64,000 nucleotides of DNA from the UHGV virus genome UHGV-1374678; one strand, given 5' to 3'. Below, piece after piece: positions 60,018-64,000 of this stretch. A model generated the notes under the pieces. It saw nothing but the letters and a program-made list of their open reading frames with translations, ran no database searches and was not told where the DNA came from. Position 1 is the stretch's first letter. Every line of letters begins with the position of its first letter. The translations under genes and the position numbers were made by a program. The stretch comes from a virus.

Positions 60018-61256
60018 TTAAATAATATCAAGAGGAATATTATATGTTGCCTCTCTTCCATAAACATCATTAAAAATCATAAGTGTTTGTCCTGGACGAG
60101 AATATAATCTTCCGTTATTTGAATACTCATCTGCTCCACACAATGAACGGACAAGAATACTTTCAATATCAAATTTTTCAAATTCTTCTAGGTGGTGCTT
60201 ATCACCAGAAATTGTGTAATCTATAGTTTCACCAAATTTTCTGCTGAATAATGTATTAATTGTTACACCAATGTTCTTAAAATCTCTCTCAAGATCACCA
60301 TGTACACAACAAATATTTTTCCCAAGCACATTTAATTTTGTAAATTCTTTGTATTCAGAATACGCTACTTCAATTTTTTTATTGTTCTGCAATCTCTGTT
60401 CAATCCACCAAGGAACGATACGCTCCATATTATCTGAATGAATCGATTCGTTTTTGTTCTGAATTGTTTTCATATGATTTCCATAACAGGAATATAAAGT
60501 AATGTGATTCACGACTTTCGATAAGTCATTTAATGCCTCTGCCATAATTTCAGACACATGCATTAACTGATCACATGTATTTTCTTCAGATTGTACTCTA
60601 CATGTAGAATGAATCGATCCGTGTGCGGAATCTCCAAGCATTACAACATCAAGTACATCAATATTATTTAATTTAATAAATTCTTTTGATATTTCAACAA
60701 AAGTCTTTACCCTTTTTTTGCATATTTCAGTATTAAATTTATTCCAAATGTTATCTGTAATCATTCCATAATGCCAATCAGACCAAAACATAACAGCTTC
60801 TTTATGTATGTTCGATGGAAACCATTTTTCATTAAATATCAAAGGTTTTTCCTGATTTAATCTATTCGCAGATTCAACTAACTTATCCATTAAATGTTCT
60901 GATCTAGCATTAAAAGTAAGTTCTCTATTGTACAATCTTCTTTGATCGGACAGGAGTTTTCTTTCTTTAAAAATTTCTTCCTTTTCTAAACGAAGAGCAT
61001 TTAAGTAGTCATCTTCGTTATTTGTTTGACTTTCTTTCCATTTATAATATTCTGATACAAACACTGATCCAATTAAAGGCGGTTGCGTTCCTTTTCTGAT
61101 TGTATCAGGATTAAATTTTAATCCGTATCTATCACAAATTTCAGACCAATCATCATCAGAAATTTTCTGAATCTTATTTGAACAATCCTTCAAAAGCTGT
61201 TCATATCTTTCTTGAGTTAGATTATATTTTGCTAATTCTTCTTCGAAATTAAACAA
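60018..61256 (-). CDS. Calcineurin-like metallophosphoesterase (412 aa)
   Basis: GDSAHG, GNHM (GNHE-type) and downstream GD/H motifs of the metallophosphatase superfamily. N-terminal approximately 150-aa extension. Confidence 0.65.
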   Translation of the reverse strand: MFNFEEELAKYNLTQERYEQLLKDCSNKIQKISDDDWSEICDRYGLKFNPDTIRKGTQPPLIGSVFVSEYYKWKESQTNNEDDYLNALRLEKEEIFKERKLLSDQRRLYNRELTFNARSEHLMDKLVESANRLNQEKPLIFNEKWFPSNIHKEAVMFWSDWHYGMITDNIWNKFNTEICKKRVKTFVEISKEFIKLNNIDVLDVVMLGDSAHGSIHSTCRVQSEENTCDQLMHVSEIMAEALNDLSKVVNHITLYSCYGNHMKTIQNKNESIHSDNMERIVPWWIEQRLQNNKKIEVAYSEYKEFTKLNVLGKNICCVHGDLERDFKNIGVTINTLFSRKFGETIDYTISGDKHHLEEFEKFDIESILVRSLCGADEYSNNGRLYSRPGQTLMIFNDVYGREATYNIPLDII

Positions 61257-61275
61257 TCATTCACCAACTCTCTAA

Positions 61276-61503
61276 TTACTCTTCAGAATCCGGAAGATCA
61301 AGTTCCTCATCAGTCTTAAGAGCAACAGTAAAATCAATTACCTGATTCTTAAATGCTGCTAACAAGTCACATACTTTTACTTCCTGTTCAACATCATTCT
61401 TGTCTGTATATGTAATAGTAAGACAATCTTCAGAAAGAACTCCACTCTTTACCGTAAGTTTGTCAGTTGTTGTTCTCATAAAATTTAATTTAGATTTTGC
61501 CAT
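61276..61503 (-). CDS. Hypothetical small acidic protein (75 aa)
   Basis: ORF with RBS between the ClpP-like and phosphoesterase genes. Confidence 0.4.
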   Translation of the reverse strand: MAKSKLNFMRTTTDKLTVKSGVLSEDCLTITYTDKNDVEQEVKVCDLLAAFKNQVIDFTVALKTDEELDLPDSEE

Positions 61504-61570
61504 TTCCTTTTTTCTCCTTCTATATCAACTAATTTTCCGTATAAAAATAGGAGAGTAGTGTATACTCTCC

Positions 61571-62188
61571 TTAAATAATTTCGTCTAAATCACAATCTTC
61601 TCCGACAATATAATCACAGATAGAATGTTCTTTTGCCTCATGTGGTAGCATGTACCATTCTACTCTGTATTTATCATCATAGAATTTATCATCAATAGAT
61701 GTACAACTAAGTACAAACTGCTTGGTATGTTGTTCAAGCTGACCTGTTTCATACTCAATTCTATCTCTAAGTTTTGACGCACTTTCAAATCCGATTCCAT
61801 TTGATCCGTCGTGCATGAGGAAGGTTGAGTGCAACATGCTAAACCTCTTGTTTCCAGCTAAGAAAATTAAGAATGCCATTGATGCACACATTCCCTGATT
61901 TACTGTATAAATAGGTGTTTTGCTACACTGCATAGCTGAAATCAAAGCGTATCCAGAATAAACAGAGCCACCCGGACTATTTATATAAAGAATAATCGGT
62001 TTTCTGTCTTTTGCATCAATTCCTTTATCTTCTCTGTTATAATTCATAATGTGAAATACAATTGTATCAATTACTTCATCATCAATTTCACTATTGATAT
62101 AAAGTCTTCTTTCTTTAAGCTCATTAATTTCATACATTTCACTATAATGCATGTTAATTGTGCTTTTAATATCTTTTAAATTCATCAT
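61571..62188 (-). CDS. ClpP-family serine protease (S14), 205 aa
   Basis: INSPGGSVYSGYALISAM...GMCASMAFLIFLAG...LMHDGS matches the ClpP Ser-His core signature. Confidence 0.7.
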   Translation of the reverse strand: MMNLKDIKSTINMHYSEMYEINELKERRLYINSEIDDEVIDTIVFHIMNYNREDKGIDAKDRKPIILYINSPGGSVYSGYALISAMQCSKTPIYTVNQGMCASMAFLIFLAGNKRFSMLHSTFLMHDGSNGIGFESASKLRDRIEYETGQLEQHTKQFVLSCTSIDDKFYDDKYRVEWYMLPHEAKEHSICDYIVGEDCDLDEII

Positions 62189-62232
62189 GGGCGTTACCCC
62201 TTGCTTTCATAATATTTTTCTCTTGTGAGAAA

Positions 62233-63153
62233 TTAAACTTTATTATATTTGATAATATAAGATGAAAATTCTAAATCATTAATTATATCATCGTCAAAAA
62301 TTAATCTATAATCTAATAGATCAGCCATTTTTTGAGTCTCAGTTCTTGAGTCTTCCATACTGTTCCATTTCATCATACCCAATGATTTTTGATATTTTCT
62401 TTCTAAATAAATAGTTTTATTTTTATAAATATAATTATGGAAAACTTCTGCTGATTTTTTTGAAAACGTTTTTAATTCAAAACATTTTTTATGATCAAAT
62501 GAAACAATTTTATAAGATGGAATATTTGCTTCTTTTGCAATAAATTCTAATATCTCTTTCGTTCCTAAGATACTATAGCTATATGTGTAATTATGTGGAT
62601 AAAAACAAACACATCCATCACCATCAAAATATCCACGAATAAAATGACTAAGTAATTCTTTTGGAATTGTCGTTGGTGGTTGTAATATTAATGATTTGTT
62701 TTCAAAACATCCGTGAGATATCAAATCATTAACCATTTTTATTGATGATACATATGCTCGATATGCATAGTATTCTTTTTCATTTAACTTAACAACTTTA
62801 TTCGAAATTGGAGCAGTTGATTCTATATCATCTAAAAAATTTTGAATATGATATTTGTCTCTTTCTTGCAAACACAACTCAACCGATCCGCCTTTTTCAT
62901 GTCCACTTTTATCATGTTTTTTGCAAACATAGCCATCTGCATACAAAAAACCTAACCAATAAGCCTTTTCTTCCGTATCAATAATTTTAAAAAAGTTTTC
63001 ATTAACTTTATTTTTTCTTGACGCAGACAAATAATCATGATTTTTTAATTTGTTATGTGGTCTAACACCATATCCGAGCGTCTTTAAATATTTCGATACT
63101 TTATCAGCTTTTGTATTAATTGCTTTTGCAATAACACTATATGTTTCTGCCAC
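62233..63153 (-). CDS. LAGLIDADG-family homing endonuclease (double-motif, 306 aa), free-standing
   Basis: Two LAGLIDADG-type motifs: WLGFLYADGYV and IRGYFDGDGCV, about 100 aa apart. Confidence 0.6.
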   Translation of the reverse strand: MAETYSVIAKAINTKADKVSKYLKTLGYGVRPHNKLKNHDYLSASRKNKVNENFFKIIDTEEKAYWLGFLYADGYVCKKHDKSGHEKGGSVELCLQERDKYHIQNFLDDIESTAPISNKVVKLNEKEYYAYRAYVSSIKMVNDLISHGCFENKSLILQPPTTIPKELLSHFIRGYFDGDGCVCFYPHNYTYSYSILGTKEILEFIAKEANIPSYKIVSFDHKKCFELKTFSKKSAEVFHNYIYKNKTIYLERKYQKSLGMMKWNSMEDSRTETQKMADLLDYRLIFDDDIINDLEFSSYIIKYNKV

Positions 63154-63333
63154 TCAAAATGTGTTGAAATATACTCAAACACATCGAGAAATTGAAGTCC
63201 TTGCGGATACTTCTTACTGCTTCAATGTGTATGCTTTGGCGATTATAAACAATACGCTACTCACAAGTTCTTGTACACTCCACAGTCGTAAATTCCTGCG
63301 ATAGCCCGCAGTACATACTTACGTTTGCTTTCA
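63154..63333 (-). ncRNA. 3' flank of the truncated tnpB; candidate right-end/omega-RNA hairpin region
   Basis: Hairpins CTGCG-GGCTAT-CGCAG and ATGTGTT...AACACAT immediately downstream of the tnpB stop. Confidence 0.3.
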
Positions 63334-64000
63334 TTATGCAACTTCGTAAGTTAAAGCATCTCTTAGATTAAGAGCAGCATTAAAATCCCTATCCTCAACA
63401 TAGCCACAATCACAACAGTATATTCTATCTGAAAGCTTCAAATCTTTCTTGATAGCACCACAACAGTGACATATTTTGGATGATGGATACCATCTGTCTA
63501 CGACTCTTAATTCAATACCATTTTCATCACACTTAGCTTTAAGCTTAGTTCTGAATTCATAGAACTTTTGTGATGCAACGGCTTTTGATAGATGTCTGTT
63601 CTTCATCATTCCTGATACATTCAAATCTTCAATCGTTATATAAGATGGCTTGGTTTTCACTATCTCGGCTATTGATTTATTGATATAATCAGTACGGATA
63701 TTATCTATTTTATGATGAAGTCTTTGCACTTTGAGCTTTTGCTTTTGTATATTTTTTTGAGTGGACTCTCCTTTCTTTAAATTCTCATACTTGCGTGAGA
63801 GACATCTTTGTTCTCTGCACAATTTCTTTTCCAATTTTTTAACTCTTGCTGACTTATTGATATTTTTATAAGTTTTACCATTAGAAACAATCGCCAAGTC
63901 TTTCAACCCCAGATCAATTCCTATACCGTCATTGCTATTATTAGCAATCTTAGCGTCGGGAATTTCCACAAGAACTGACACATAATATCTGCCTGCTTTG
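63334..64000 (-). CDS. tnpB: TnpB (IS605 OrfB), C-terminal RuvC/zinc-finger half; N-terminal part beyond the window end
   Basis: RuvC-I GIDLG. RuvC-II ITIEDLNVSGM. Zinc finger CHCCG...CCDCG. RuvC-III RDFNAALNLRD. Confidence 0.8.
   Translation of the reverse strand, partial: KAGRYYVSVLVEIPDAKIANNSNDGIGIDLGLKDLAIVSNGKTYKNINKSARVKKLEKKLCREQRCLSRKYENLKKGESTQKNIQKQKLKVQRLHHKIDNIRTDYINKSIAEIVKTKPSYITIEDLNVSGMMKNRHLSKAVASQKFYEFRTKLKAKCDENGIELRVVDRWYPSSKICHCCGAIKKDLKLSDRIYCCDCGYVEDRDFNAALNLRDALTYEVA

Larger units (their letters stand above)
57740..60031. mobile_element. IS200/IS605-family tnpB-only element (IS1341-like) or IStron-like chimera (structured 5' RNA + tnpB + 3' flank)
   Basis: tnpB is flanked by inverted copies of CGAGAGTT(T)GAT. 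A TTGAT pentanucleotide sits at the upstream boundary (60027-60031) next to the stop codon of the phosphoesterase gene. Confidence 0.45.

Noticed and set aside
63050-63304. Plus-strand 84-aa ORF
   Set aside because: Overlaps the LAGLIDADG gene start and the tnpB 3' hairpin region. No RBS.
1-64000. Diversity-generating retroelement, retron or group II intron
   Set aside because: No reverse-transcriptase-like ORF anywhere in the window. The structured RNAs found fit group I or IS-end features, not domain V of group II introns.

Overview
This AT-rich window reads as a temperate phage or prophage of a low-GC Firmicute, probably Clostridia-like, with almost all genes on the minus strand.

Reading the minus strand from high to low coordinates:
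- Mobile segment (57.4-64 kb): a truncated IS605-family TnpB, a LAGLIDADG homing endonuclease, a ClpP-family protease, a metallophosphoesterase, a second TnpB that lacks the zinc finger and is flanked by structured noncoding ends, and HU.
- Lysogeny anchor: an AT-rich tRNA-Trp(CCA), a tyrosine integrase, a tRNA-like element and an orphan tRNA 3' fragment.
- Packaging and head module: an HNH endonuclease, terminase small and large subunits, portal, scaffold-like protein and capsid.
- Tail module: neck proteins, the tail tube, an accessory islet, and a 993-aa tape-measure-like protein.
- Switch island (about 7 kb): two HTH regulators, a perfect 22-bp palindrome, sigma-70-like promoters and plus-strand cassette genes.
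- Distal tail and lysis: a second, larger tape-measure gene, Dit/Tal-like tail tip and fibre genes, an amidase endolysin, and a second (Tn916-like) integrase truncated at the window start.

The most notable observations:
- The large tape-measure gene is split by a group I intron of about 1.48 kb (14216-15691). The intron shows P1 with a U.G pair, a P7/J8-7 core identical to the canonical CCUAAGUCAACAGAU segment, and an internal 215-aa ORF. Splicing would join it in frame to the 499-aa ORF downstream.
- Two further structured RNA-like elements (34.7-35.1 kb and 59.7-60.0 kb) are homologous to each other. One abuts the zinc-finger-less TnpB in an IStron-like or IS-end arrangement.

All calls rest on reading the sequence by eye; no homology searches were run.
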